This document shows positions 31,879 through 40,964 of a stretch of DNA of 64,000 nt, one piece after another. Numbering within the stretch: the first letter of the stretch is position 1; each line of letters begins with the position of its first letter. Made by a program: the position numbers and the translations under genes. Under the pieces are notes generated by a model. That model was not told where the DNA came from and made no database searches. It worked only from the letters and a program-made list of their open reading frames with translations. The stretch lies in sequence record SRR31156797_2770, one strand, 5' to 3'.

Positions 31879-33362
31879 AAAAAATTATTGTTGTCGGTGC
31901 GGGCGTGTCAGGATTAGCTGCTGCTGTCCGTTTGCAAAAACTTGGCTATGACGTCACCCTCTACGAAAAAGAAGGTCAACCTGGGGGCAAAATGAATCAG
32001 ATCAAGGAAAACGGCTTTACCTTTGATGTGGGACCCACCATCGTGATGATGCCTGAAATTTATCGTGAAGTGTTTGAATTTGCTGGCGTTGATCCGAATG
32101 ACTATATTCCTATGGAGAAAGTCGATCCGATGCTGCAGCTGTATTTTGCTCAAGGCGAACCGCTGACCTTCTCAAACGACTTAGTAGAATTGACCAAAAC
32201 GCTAGAAGCGATCTCGGAAGAAGATGCTCAAGGCTATTTTGCCTTTTTAGCAGATATTTACAAACGCTATGTGATCGCCAAAGAGTCCTTCATCACCAAG
32301 TCGTTTCGGACATGGCGAGACTTTTACAATCCCAAATCATTATGGGCAGGGTTAAAGCTGCGAACGTTTAGTGACGCCTACTCTTCCATTTCTAAATTTG
32401 TCAAAGATGATCGCCTGCGAAAATCATTGGCGTTTCAAACCTTGTATATCGGTGTCTCCCCTTACCAAGGGCCGTCCCTTTATACCATCATCCCTATGAT
32501 CGAGTTGATGTATGGGGTCTATTTCATCAAAGGCGGCATGTATACATTAGCCACTGGTATGGCACGTTTGTTCCAAGAATTAGGCGGAACGATCCATTAC
32601 AATACCCCAATCGATGAATTATTGATCGAAAACAAGCAAACCAAAGGCGTTCGTGTCAATGGAGAAACGATCACCGCAGATGCCGTGATTTGTGCGGCTG
32701 ATTTTCCTTATGCTATGGAAAGCTTGATTCCTGATGAATCAAAACGCGGCAAATACACCAATCAAAAAATCGCTTCGATGGATTACTCTTGTTCTTGTTT
32801 CTTGCTTTATTTAGGACTGGACAAAAAATATGAAGATAGCGCACTCCATAGCATTTATTTTGCCAATGATTTCAAACGCAATGTAGACGATCTTTTCGAG
32901 GCTGGCAAGCTGCCAGAAGATCCTTCCTTCTACTTGTATCGTCCAACCCTGAAAGATGCTTCCTTAGCACCTGATGGTCAAGAAGGTCTTTATGTATTAG
33001 TCCCAGTACCTGAATTATCTAAATTTGATCAATGGACGGATGAAACGATCCAAAGCTACCGCCAGCAGATCATTGGATTATTAAAAGAAAAAACGATCTT
33101 TACGGATATCGATGAACACATCGTGTATGAAAAAATGTATACGCCAGATACGTTCAATGATCGGTTCAATGCCTACAACGGTGCGACATTTGGCTTGAAA
33201 CCAACCTTGTCGCAAAGCAATTACTATCGTCCCCATAATAAATTTGATTATGCAGAAGGCCTATACTTCTGCGGCAGCAGTACGCATCCGGGAGCGGGTG
33301 TGCCAATCGTGATGCAAAGTGCCAAGTTAGCTGTGGAGGAGTTGTTAAAAGATGACCGTTAA
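31875..33362 (+). CDS. crtN: 4,4'-diapophytoene desaturase (CrtI/CrtN family)
   Basis: GAGVSG FAD motif, FDVGPTIVMMP, FQTLYIGVSP and HPGAGVPIV. Confidence 0.9.
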   Translation: MKKIIVVGAGVSGLAAAVRLQKLGYDVTLYEKEGQPGGKMNQIKENGFTFDVGPTIVMMPEIYREVFEFAGVDPNDYIPMEKVDPMLQLYFAQGEPLTFSNDLVELTKTLEAISEEDAQGYFAFLADIYKRYVIAKESFITKSFRTWRDFYNPKSLWAGLKLRTFSDAYSSISKFVKDDRLRKSLAFQTLYIGVSPYQGPSLYTIIPMIELMYGVYFIKGGMYTLATGMARLFQELGGTIHYNTPIDELLIENKQTKGVRVNGETITADAVICAADFPYAMESLIPDESKRGKYTNQKIASMDYSCSCFLLYLGLDKKYEDSALHSIYFANDFKRNVDDLFEAGKLPEDPSFYLYRPTLKDASLAPDGQEGLYVLVPVPELSKFDQWTDETIQSYRQQIIGLLKEKTIFTDIDEHIVYEKMYTPDTFNDRFNAYNGATFGLKPTLSQSNYYRPHNKFDYAEGLYFCGSSTHPGAGVPIVMQSAKLAVEELLKDDR

Positions 33363-34275
33363 ATCATTAAGCGTCTTTGATGAATACGACAACGATTTTT
33401 TATACTGTGAGGCCATCATAAAAAAGCATTCGAAAAACTTTCATACCGCCTTTTCTCAATTGCCAAAAGACAAAGCACGCGCCGTCTATGCCGTCTACGC
33501 CTTTTGCCGACGTGCCGATGATGCCGTCGATGAAAAGCAAGACCCATTGTTGATCGAAGCCATGAAAAAACGCTTGGAAGAAATACAAGAACTATTAACC
33601 GGCGATGCGATCGACTTGCCGCAAGCCATCAAGGAAGAAGATCCTGATGAAGCCATTTGGCGGGCATTGACCCTTTCTTTCCAACAGTTTGACCTACAGT
33701 TTCAACCCTTTTTCGATCTATTGGTGGGACAAAAACAAGACCTTGACTTCCAGCAGCCCACCTCTGAAAAAGAGCTTTCCGACTATAGTTACTACGTAGC
33801 CGGCAGTGTGGGTCTGATGCTCTTGCCGATTCTCTCACAAACAGCCGCTGCGATTCAAGAGCCCGCCATAAAATTGGGTGAAGCGATGCAACGCACCAAT
33901 ATTTTACGTGATATTGGCGAGGATCTGCGAATGGGCCGCATCTATTTGCCACAAACGGTCTTGGCGCAATTCAACCTTTCGCGAGAGGCATTAGCAGCTG
34001 GCAATCAAAACCAGCAGTTTATCGAGATGTGGGAACACGAAGCGCAACTTGCTGAGACGCTTTATCAGGAATCTTTTGTAATGATGCCGCAAATCGATGA
34101 AGATTGCCGTGAAGCTCTATTAGCAGCTGCTTTGATCTATCGGGAAATCTTGACTGTGATCCGCAAAAACAACTATCAAGTATTTGCTGAAAAAACAGCG
34201 GTACCGAAACAACGGAAAATCCAACTTTTGTTTACCGCGAAAAAAATGCTTCGTCAGGAACGTTGGGAGGGCTGA
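33352..34275 (+). CDS. crtM: Dehydrosqualene (diapophytoene) synthase
   Basis: YAFCRRADDAVD, YYVAGSVG and NILRDIGED..GRIYLP motifs. Confidence 0.9.
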   Translation: MTVKSLSVFDEYDNDFLYCEAIIKKHSKNFHTAFSQLPKDKARAVYAVYAFCRRADDAVDEKQDPLLIEAMKKRLEEIQELLTGDAIDLPQAIKEEDPDEAIWRALTLSFQQFDLQFQPFFDLLVGQKQDLDFQQPTSEKELSDYSYYVAGSVGLMLLPILSQTAAAIQEPAIKLGEAMQRTNILRDIGEDLRMGRIYLPQTVLAQFNLSREALAAGNQNQQFIEMWEHEAQLAETLYQESFVMMPQIDEDCREALLAAALIYREILTVIRKNNYQVFAEKTAVPKQRKIQLLFTAKKMLRQERWEG

Positions 34276-34277
34276 CT

Positions 34278-34838
34278 TTGAACTTGCGAGAAAAAATATT
34301 ACGAGTCGCAGAAAACCTGTTTATGCAGCAGGGGTATCAAGCAACTTCTACTAGACAGATCGCAGAAGCCGTCGGCATCACCCAGCCCAATCTTTATTAT
34401 CACTTCGAAGGCAAAGAAGCCATCTATTATGAAGTGATGGTCTCTTTGGCACAAGAGGTTTCTGGAAAATTAAATCAGACTGTTGAAGATACTTCCTTGA
34501 CGATCTCTGAAAAAATCTTAAACATGTTTCTTTTTTTAAGAAGTCGGCATCGCATCAATTTTTATATGATGATGCACGACATTCAGCATACCGTTTCTGA
34601 GGACACTTCAAAAAAACTGTACTTGCTTTGGCGGAAAAATTACAAAGAACCGTTTCTTGACTTGTTCCGTCGCAGTGATTCCAATCTTCGTTCGGATGTC
34701 GATCCAGAATTTGTTACCAGCCAGTTGTTAGTGCTGATGGCGGCTCACTTGGACTCACCGGGAAAAGAAGACAAAATGCCAGAAGCGATCGATTTGTTTT
34801 TATTCGGTGCACTAGGCAGTGGGCCAATTGCGAAATAG
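34278..34838 (+). CDS. TetR-family regulator, FhtR-like
   Basis: LFMQQGYQATSTRQIA..ITQPNLYYHF HTH; TTG start with a GGGAGG RBS inside the end of crtM. Confidence 0.88.
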   Translation: MNLREKILRVAENLFMQQGYQATSTRQIAEAVGITQPNLYYHFEGKEAIYYEVMVSLAQEVSGKLNQTVEDTSLTISEKILNMFLFLRSRHRINFYMMMHDIQHTVSEDTSKKLYLLWRKNYKEPFLDLFRRSDSNLRSDVDPEFVTSQLLVLMAAHLDSPGKEDKMPEAIDLFLFGALGSGPIAK

Positions 34839-34937
34839 CGAGTCCAATTGGGTAATGCGCGAGAAAAATTATTAGACGAATTTCTGACAATCGCGTACAC
34901 TGATCCTGTAAACTGGAACATAAAAGGATGGATGTAC

Positions 34938-35516
34938 ATGTCAAAAAATCGAATCGAAGCCTTTACGGATGCGGTCATTGCGATCGTAATGACCTTATTA
35001 GTACTGGAATTGCACCAGCCCGAAGGCGATACATTTGCTTCTTTTTTAGGAGTGGAACAGCAATTTATTATTTATTTGATCAGCTTTGTGATGTTAGCGA
35101 TCTACTGGAACAATCACCATCATCTATTTCAAGTAGTATCTAAAATTGACGGTTGGACCTTGTGGGCGAATCATTTATTGATCCTGGCACTAACCCTCTT
35201 TCCTTTTGTAACGTCATGGGTCAGTCGTTATCCAGTCGCTCTTGCCCCTCAGCTGCTATACGGGTCTGTCATTTTATTGACGGATTTCAGCTATTTCCTT
35301 GTAGGAAAGTCCTTGGTGCGTGCCAACCCTGACAATCAAGCCATCGTAGAACTGTTTCGCGGATACAAGAAACTCTACTTTACGTTGTTTATCAACGTGC
35401 TGGCATTGCTCCTCGGCTGGCTGGTCCATCCACTACTTATCATCACGCTGGATAGTCTCGTGCTATTATTGTGGGTGATCCCTGAGAAAAAAGTAGAAAC
35501 CTTTTTAAAACAATAA
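34938..35516 (+). CDS. TMEM175 family potassium channel
   Basis: RIEAFTDAVIAIVMTLLVL and YWNNHH motifs. Confidence 0.9.
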   Translation: MSKNRIEAFTDAVIAIVMTLLVLELHQPEGDTFASFLGVEQQFIIYLISFVMLAIYWNNHHHLFQVVSKIDGWTLWANHLLILALTLFPFVTSWVSRYPVALAPQLLYGSVILLTDFSYFLVGKSLVRANPDNQAIVELFRGYKKLYFTLFINVLALLLGWLVHPLLIITLDSLVLLLWVIPEKKVETFLKQ

Positions 35517-35621
35517 AAACACTTGCGTCCTTCTCCTGATGGATAACTGCGCAAAAGCAGAACAATCGGCTGCTTTTGCGCAATCATCCATCGCTTTTAG
35601 GAGAAGGACGCAAGTGTTTTT
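35515..35621. terminator. Long nested hairpin acting as bidirectional terminator
   Basis: 23-bp perfect outer arms (35515-35537 and 35599-35621) enclosing 7-bp and 13-bp inner stems. Confidence 0.75.
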
Positions 35622-35622
35622 T

Positions 35623-36627
35623 CTAGCGAATCAAGTCTTTCCCAGGTGCCCGTAAGACTTGTTCCACTTGTTCTTTGGTGGTTAAGGGGACATCTCCCAG
35701 CATCGTATGAGCCAATACAGCATTCGTGATTGCAAAATCAGCGGTGCGTTGGAGCGACCATTTTTCGGCATAGCCTAATAATACACCAGCGGCATAGGCA
35801 TCCCCTGCCCCGATCCGATCCAAGACTTGCAGCAGCTGCGGTGCCGTTTCATAGGCATCCTGCGCCGTAATGATTCTTCCACTGATAAACTGCTTGTCTT
35901 CCACGGCTAGACGGCGTGTCCCGCAGAACCATTCTAGTTGATACTGGTCAATAAAGGATTGGATCAACGCAAGCTCGGCGCCTTCTGTTTCCTCTAAGGG
36001 ATATGCCAGCAGCTCCTCCAAGTCACGGACAGAGCCGAAAACTAGATCACAATAAGGTAGAATCGTTTCATACCGTTGTTTTAGTACCTCCCGATTTAAT
36101 TCTTCATTCAAGCTTGGGCGGAAGTTAAAATCAAAGCAGACGCGAATCTGCTTTACATGGGCCTGTTTCGCCAAAGCCAATGCAGTTTGCCAGGTTCTCT
36201 CAGTCAAACTAAGAGAGATCCCGCAAATATGAATGAGATCGACTGTTTCTAGAAATCCATCGATGGCATATTCTTCTGGACCTGAAACGCCAAAGGAACT
36301 ATGATGGCGATTTTGATAAGTCACGTAAGTCGGACGAGCGCCGTAGCCGATCTCGGCGAAATAACTGCCGATATGGCTGTATTTTTTGCCAACAAATGCT
36401 GTTTGAATCCCATAGGAACGCAAGCTGGCTTTCGCCGTATCCCCTAAACGGTTGGCTGGCACTTGTGTCAGCATCGAGGTGGTCAAGCCGAAATGCGCCA
36501 AATTGCCTAACAGATTGACCCCTGTTCCTGTAAAATCCATCCGCAAAGAGTGGGTCTGTTCCAGTGTTCGATATTCTGGTGGTGTCAACCGCATCATTAC
36601 CTCACCGTAAGCACCGATTCGCATCAT
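35623..36627 (-). CDS. kdgK: PfkB sugar kinase, 2-keto-3-deoxygluconate kinase-like
   Basis: GEVMMRL, FDFNFRPSL and DRIGAGDAYAAG motifs. Confidence 0.75.
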   Translation of the reverse strand: MMRIGAYGEVMMRLTPPEYRTLEQTHSLRMDFTGTGVNLLGNLAHFGLTTSMLTQVPANRLGDTAKASLRSYGIQTAFVGKKYSHIGSYFAEIGYGARPTYVTYQNRHHSSFGVSGPEEYAIDGFLETVDLIHICGISLSLTERTWQTALALAKQAHVKQIRVCFDFNFRPSLNEELNREVLKQRYETILPYCDLVFGSVRDLEELLAYPLEETEGAELALIQSFIDQYQLEWFCGTRRLAVEDKQFISGRIITAQDAYETAPQLLQVLDRIGAGDAYAAGVLLGYAEKWSLQRTADFAITNAVLAHTMLGDVPLTTKEQVEQVLRAPGKDLIR

Positions 36628-36636
36628 TGATCCCCC

Positions 36637-37386
36637 CTATTTGGCTGCTGCCAGTACCTTTTTCGTCATTTCTGCTAATTTCTGTACATCTTCAGGGCGT
36701 GTGTCCCCTGTTTCGCCATCGATGATCGAGCTGTAAATATGTGGAATGACTTTTTTCACTCCTGCATCAACAGCGATCTGCAAGATTTCTTCAAAGTTTT
36801 CTAAATCGATGCCGCCGGTCGGTTCCAAATAAAAATCATTCGCAGCACAAGCCTCTGCTACTGCTTGATACTCTGCTTTATGAGCCAACCCTTTCATTGG
36901 AAAATACTTGATAGAACTAGCCCCCATATCTTTTAATAAAGCGATCGCTGTTTCGACGGGGACTTCTGCAGCTGGAGTTTGTGAACTCAATGGTCCAGTA
37001 GCAATATTGACATAGCCGACTTTTCCCGTTGGTGAAACAAGGGCATTGACGATCGTTTCAGATTGTCCTAGCAAAGCTCGTGAGGTCCCCGCTCCCGTGA
37101 ACACTTGGTTAACATGCTGTGGCTGTAGAACAGCGGAAATTCGGGAGACCATTTCACTTTGGTTGGGGTCGCCAGCACCAAGTCCAACAGAAAGGGCATT
37201 ATTTGTTGCCGCTTGATAGGTTTTCATGTCAAAGATGGCTGCCTCATCGCTAGCATAATTTTTTGATAAAACACCTAGGACGATGTTGCCCTCTGCTGCT
37301 TCATAACAAGCTTTCGCATTTTCAATAGAGTTTGCTAACACATTCAGACAGACACGGTCAGCGAAATAATTGGGTGAAGTTTTCAT
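36637..37386 (-). CDS. dgaF: KDPG aldolase, DgaF family
   Basis: SVGLGAGDPNQ, QHVNQVF, SIKYFPMKG, LEPTGGID and IPHIYSSII motifs. Confidence 0.85.
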   Translation of the reverse strand: MKTSPNYFADRVCLNVLANSIENAKACYEAAEGNIVLGVLSKNYASDEAAIFDMKTYQAATNNALSVGLGAGDPNQSEMVSRISAVLQPQHVNQVFTGAGTSRALLGQSETIVNALVSPTGKVGYVNIATGPLSSQTPAAEVPVETAIALLKDMGASSIKYFPMKGLAHKAEYQAVAEACAANDFYLEPTGGIDLENFEEILQIAVDAGVKKVIPHIYSSIIDGETGDTRPEDVQKLAEMTKKVLAAAK

Positions 37387-38489
37387 TTTTGGGTTGCTCC
37401 TAACATAATTTCTTGTAAGCGATCGGTGATCACTGCCATTTCTTGTTCATTGACTGCTCGGATATCAAATTCAATAATGCCGTTATTGGCTTGGTATTCA
37501 CGGGTATAAATCGCTGGTTCTCCCGCTTTTAGCGCGTCGATCACTGCTTTGGCACTTGGTTCTTTCACTTTGACACTCGCTCGATAAATGTCTCTGCCGG
37601 CGCTGTCTTGAACGATTTTTGCTTCGAAACCAGTGATTTCATTGATTGCCGCAATAAATGGTTGTAGGCGCTCTTGCATCGAAGCGCCAGATTCTGTTCC
37701 CTCCGCTAGATAATCCGTCACGGCTTGGGTAAATCCGAGAATATTGTCTTTACCGATTTTCATTGCTCGACCAATACCTTTGGATTGCAGGCGCACCCAA
37801 GAGACATAGGGCTGCTTGCCGATCACTAAGCCAGCACTTGGTCCTGACAGTGCTTTCGCACCTGAATAGATCACTAAATCAGCACCTGCTTGGGTATAGG
37901 CAAACAAATCTTCCTCAGCAGCCGCATCAACGATCAATGGAAGATCGTGTGCCTTGGCAACTTGGGCCGTTTCTGCTACCGTCAGCATACTTTTTTGAAC
38001 GGTATGATGACTCTTTATGTAGAGGATCCCCGCCGTTTCGGGCGTAATCATCTGTTCAATGTGCTCGGGTGTGCACATATTGGCATAGCCTGCTTCTACG
38101 ACTTTTCCGCCGCCTTGCGCCACCATCACTTCCACCGGTGTGCCATAATCTACGTTGTGGCCTTTGGGCAAAATGATCTCCCGCTTGCTGATTTTCTCAC
38201 TATATGGGTGGTACAAATGATAGCTGTCTCCTTGACCGATGAGTGCCGCCACTGATTGGGCGATTCCCGCCGAAGCGGAAGAAACGATTTGCGCATCTTC
38301 CGTTTTCAACAATTTTGCTAAATAGGCACCGGTTTTTTCTGCTAGATCTGCCATTTCAAAGAAATGCTCCCCGCCATAGCGCTGGGCTGCAAGCACGCCT
38401 TCGCTGACTTTCGAGACACCTAGAATCGTCATTTTGCCGGAAGCATTGATGACTTCTTTCAAGCCTAGTTCTTCAATATTCAGTGTCAA
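37383..38489 (-). CDS. dgaE: PLP-dependent ammonia-lyase, DgaE family (SelA-like fold)
   Basis: VINASGKMTILGVS, YIKSHH, DAAAE, YSGAK and GIGRAMKIGK motifs. Confidence 0.85.
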   Translation of the reverse strand: MTLNIEELGLKEVINASGKMTILGVSKVSEGVLAAQRYGGEHFFEMADLAEKTGAYLAKLLKTEDAQIVSSASAGIAQSVAALIGQGDSYHLYHPYSEKISKREIILPKGHNVDYGTPVEVMVAQGGGKVVEAGYANMCTPEHIEQMITPETAGILYIKSHHTVQKSMLTVAETAQVAKAHDLPLIVDAAAEEDLFAYTQAGADLVIYSGAKALSGPSAGLVIGKQPYVSWVRLQSKGIGRAMKIGKDNILGFTQAVTDYLAEGTESGASMQERLQPFIAAINEITGFEAKIVQDSAGRDIYRASVKVKEPSAKAVIDALKAGEPAIYTREYQANNGIIEFDIRAVNEQEMAVITDRLQEIMLGATQK

Positions 38490-39585
38490 AAAGTTCCCCT
38501 CCTATCACCGCTTTTTGCGGCACGATCTGTTGTGTCGTGATTCGGCGATTGCCGTTAGAATCCGTCAATTCCTTTTCGCCCTCTTCAAAGCGGAAAATCG
38601 TAAAATCAGCATCATATCCCAATGCGATCTCGCCTTTGTCCTGTAAATGAAATTGCTTCGCAGGGGCACTGGTCACCTTCTCGATGATCTCACGCCAATC
38701 ATACCCTACGACCGCTAATTTTTCCATAGTCGTCGCTAAATCAAAAACAGGTCCATTGGTACGATTGCGGATGTAGATATCCGTACTAATGGAAGAAGCC
38801 TTTAGCTGATTGGCAAAGGCCGTCTCCGCCACATCAAAATTAAAACTGTCTGTCCCATGACCAATATCGAAGACCAAGCCTTTTTCATAGGCAGCAAAGA
38901 CGAAAGGCTTGATGGTTTGGTTCGTCTGATCCAAAATCCCATTGGGTTTGCCGTTAAAGCAATGGGTCACCACATCGCCTGCTTCCAATTCAGCGAGAAT
39001 CTCTGCTAAATTCGGTGGTGCTGAGCCGATGTGAACCATCAGAGGCAGCGGTTGATTTTCAGCCTGGATCGCTTTGGCTAATTTCAACGGTGTGATGCCA
39101 TTTTCGCCGATCACCGTTTTGCTCATTCGGGCTTTGATTCCGACGATAAAGTCAGGAAACTTCTGCAGCGCTTCTTTGACCAATTCTTTTTTGACTTTTG
39201 ACAGATCCGCAAGTTCATCCTGCTCTACGATCCCCCATTTGGAAATATTGACTAAAGCAAAGACATTGGTTTTGGCTTCTTTGGCTAAATCATAAAACCG
39301 ATGGATATTTTCGGCGCCAGTCGTCCCCGCATCGATAACGGTCGTGACGCCTCGTTTGACACCGATCTCGTCTGGATAATCATAATAGAGCGTCATTTCC
39401 TCGAAACAATGGACATGGTCATCGATCCAACCAGCTGACAAGAACTCCCCTTCTGCTAAGGTCAGCTCTTGTTTCGCCTGCTCCTGCAACGTGGGTGCCA
39501 AAGCAGTGATTTTGCCGTCTTGAACCCCAATATCAAATACTTCTTCATCGATCGTGCGGGCTTGACGAATAATCAAATCAAACAT
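38473..39585 (-). CDS. Amidohydrolase/deacetylase family metallohydrolase
   Basis: WIDDHVH, DAGTTG, KAR, MVHIG, THCF, DIGHG and STD metal ligands. Confidence 0.88.
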   Translation of the reverse strand: MFDLIIRQARTIDEEVFDIGVQDGKITALAPTLQEQAKQELTLAEGEFLSAGWIDDHVHCFEEMTLYYDYPDEIGVKRGVTTVIDAGTTGAENIHRFYDLAKEAKTNVFALVNISKWGIVEQDELADLSKVKKELVKEALQKFPDFIVGIKARMSKTVIGENGITPLKLAKAIQAENQPLPLMVHIGSAPPNLAEILAELEAGDVVTHCFNGKPNGILDQTNQTIKPFVFAAYEKGLVFDIGHGTDSFNFDVAETAFANQLKASSISTDIYIRNRTNGPVFDLATTMEKLAVVGYDWREIIEKVTSAPAKQFHLQDKGEIALGYDADFTIFRFEEGEKELTDSNGNRRITTQQIVPQKAVIGGELFDTEY

Positions 39586-39589
39586 TTCG

Positions 39590-40684
39590 TTACACCTTCC
39601 TCTCTGTGAAAGTGAATTTCGACCAAGGATGGATAAAGGGCAGCAGAACTAACTCTTGTTCGACGATCGAACCGATTTTATTTTTTCGTGGGTCTGAGTG
39701 AGGCTCTAGCACTACTTGCAGCTCGTTTTTGTACTTGCCAAAACGATCATTGCCGATCACAACATCCCCTCGTTGAAAGACGCCTTCGTGGTCATGGGCA
39801 GGATTGTCATGGTTCTTATACTTTTTACGAACTTCTGTGGAACGGATCATCCGGTCAGTGATGTCGCCTCGGCGGTAATGCTGCTCGTCAAGGGCGATTC
39901 GGCGTTCAACTTCATTGATTTCAGGCACAAATTCAATCGCAAATGCCGTCTGGTAGCGATCAATCGCTCCTAGTGCCGCCAATTCTGCTTCCGAAGCATA
40001 AGCATTGCCGATAATGACATCATCAATCAAGCCTGTGGCAAACAAATGCTTTGCGGCAGTTTCTACAGGCATTCTTCGGTGCATTTCTAAGGTCGGTAAG
40101 CCATCATTGATATCCCAAGGTCCGATCGTTCCCGTTTGAGAAGAGATAAATGCGGCGGTTCGAATGCCTTTTTCCTTGAAACGACGACTGCATTTTTCAA
40201 AGAAATCATAGGGTAAGGCAGTCCCTTCTTGTGGATAGAAATTGTGGCAGCCGTATAAGTAAGGAATGTTGGCTTGATAGGTCAAAATATTGTCTAAATA
40301 CGCCACATCATTGCTCATATTCAATTCAACAGCTAAACCAAAGGGATTGTAGGTCAACATCGCTTCTTTGTTGCCGTCAAAACCTAAATCTAAACGAATC
40401 CCATCGGCACCTAGTTCATGGAAAAAGGTCAAGTCATCATAGGAGATGCCTAGTTCAGAAAAGATGGCTGGTGCCACGTCTAAAATCGTTTCATAGCCTA
40501 ACCCTTTGGCAAAATCAATCAACGCTTTAAATTTTTTCTGCACGTTTTCTTTGCCGTCGCTCACTTCCAACATACTCATAAAAATGCGGCTAAAGCCATA
40601 ATCATGGGCTAATTGCAGATAGGCTTTATCTGTTTCAAAATCACTGTGATCGGGATACACCGATACTCCTAGTTTTCTTTTCAA
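39590..40684 (-). CDS. DUF871/MupG-family phospho-glycosidase
   Basis: LGVSVYP, IRLD, ELNMS, CHNFYP and GLPTLEMHR motifs. Confidence 0.88.
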   Translation of the reverse strand: MKRKLGVSVYPDHSDFETDKAYLQLAHDYGFSRIFMSMLEVSDGKENVQKKFKALIDFAKGLGYETILDVAPAIFSELGISYDDLTFFHELGADGIRLDLGFDGNKEAMLTYNPFGLAVELNMSNDVAYLDNILTYQANIPYLYGCHNFYPQEGTALPYDFFEKCSRRFKEKGIRTAAFISSQTGTIGPWDINDGLPTLEMHRRMPVETAAKHLFATGLIDDVIIGNAYASEAELAALGAIDRYQTAFAIEFVPEINEVERRIALDEQHYRRGDITDRMIRSTEVRKKYKNHDNPAHDHEGVFQRGDVVIGNDRFGKYKNELQVVLEPHSDPRKNKIGSIVEQELVLLPFIHPWSKFTFTERKV

Positions 40685-40685
40685 C

Positions 40686-40937
40686 TTATCTCATCCTCAT
40701 TTCTTCATAAAAAGCAGTAAAACGTGTCAGTAAAAGCGAACTGCAAACAATCGTCGCCGTCATCGTCAAAAATGGTCCCCATGGAAACTGACGGCTCAGT
40801 AGGATCGCTGCAGCAACGCCAAGAATCCCGAACAAAAGCATCCGCCAAAACGGCACTTCTTGAATTTTTTTCCCTTGTGCTGATTTTGTTAACCAAATTT
40901 GACAACCAAAAAATAAACAAATGGCATAAATCCCCAT
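40686..40937 (-). CDS. Small membrane protein with three hydrophobic segments
   Basis: GAGGTG RBS; fills the gap between the IIC and DUF871 genes. Confidence 0.75.
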   Translation of the reverse strand: MGIYAICLFFGCQIWLTKSAQGKKIQEVPFWRMLLFGILGVAAAILLSRQFPWGPFLTMTATIVCSSLLLTRFTAFYEEMRMR

Positions 40938-40964
40938 GTTTGCACCTCACTCTTTTTGTTTTGC

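Noticed and set aside
34938-35516. TMEM175 as a member of the hrt-crt operon
   Set aside because: The 99-nt gap holds its own candidate promoter (TAGACG-17-TACACT); read-through is possible but unsupported
37383-38489. Selenocysteine synthase SelA
   Set aside because: It is shorter than SelA, carries DgaE-type motifs, sits next to dgaF, and no selB, selC or selD is in the window
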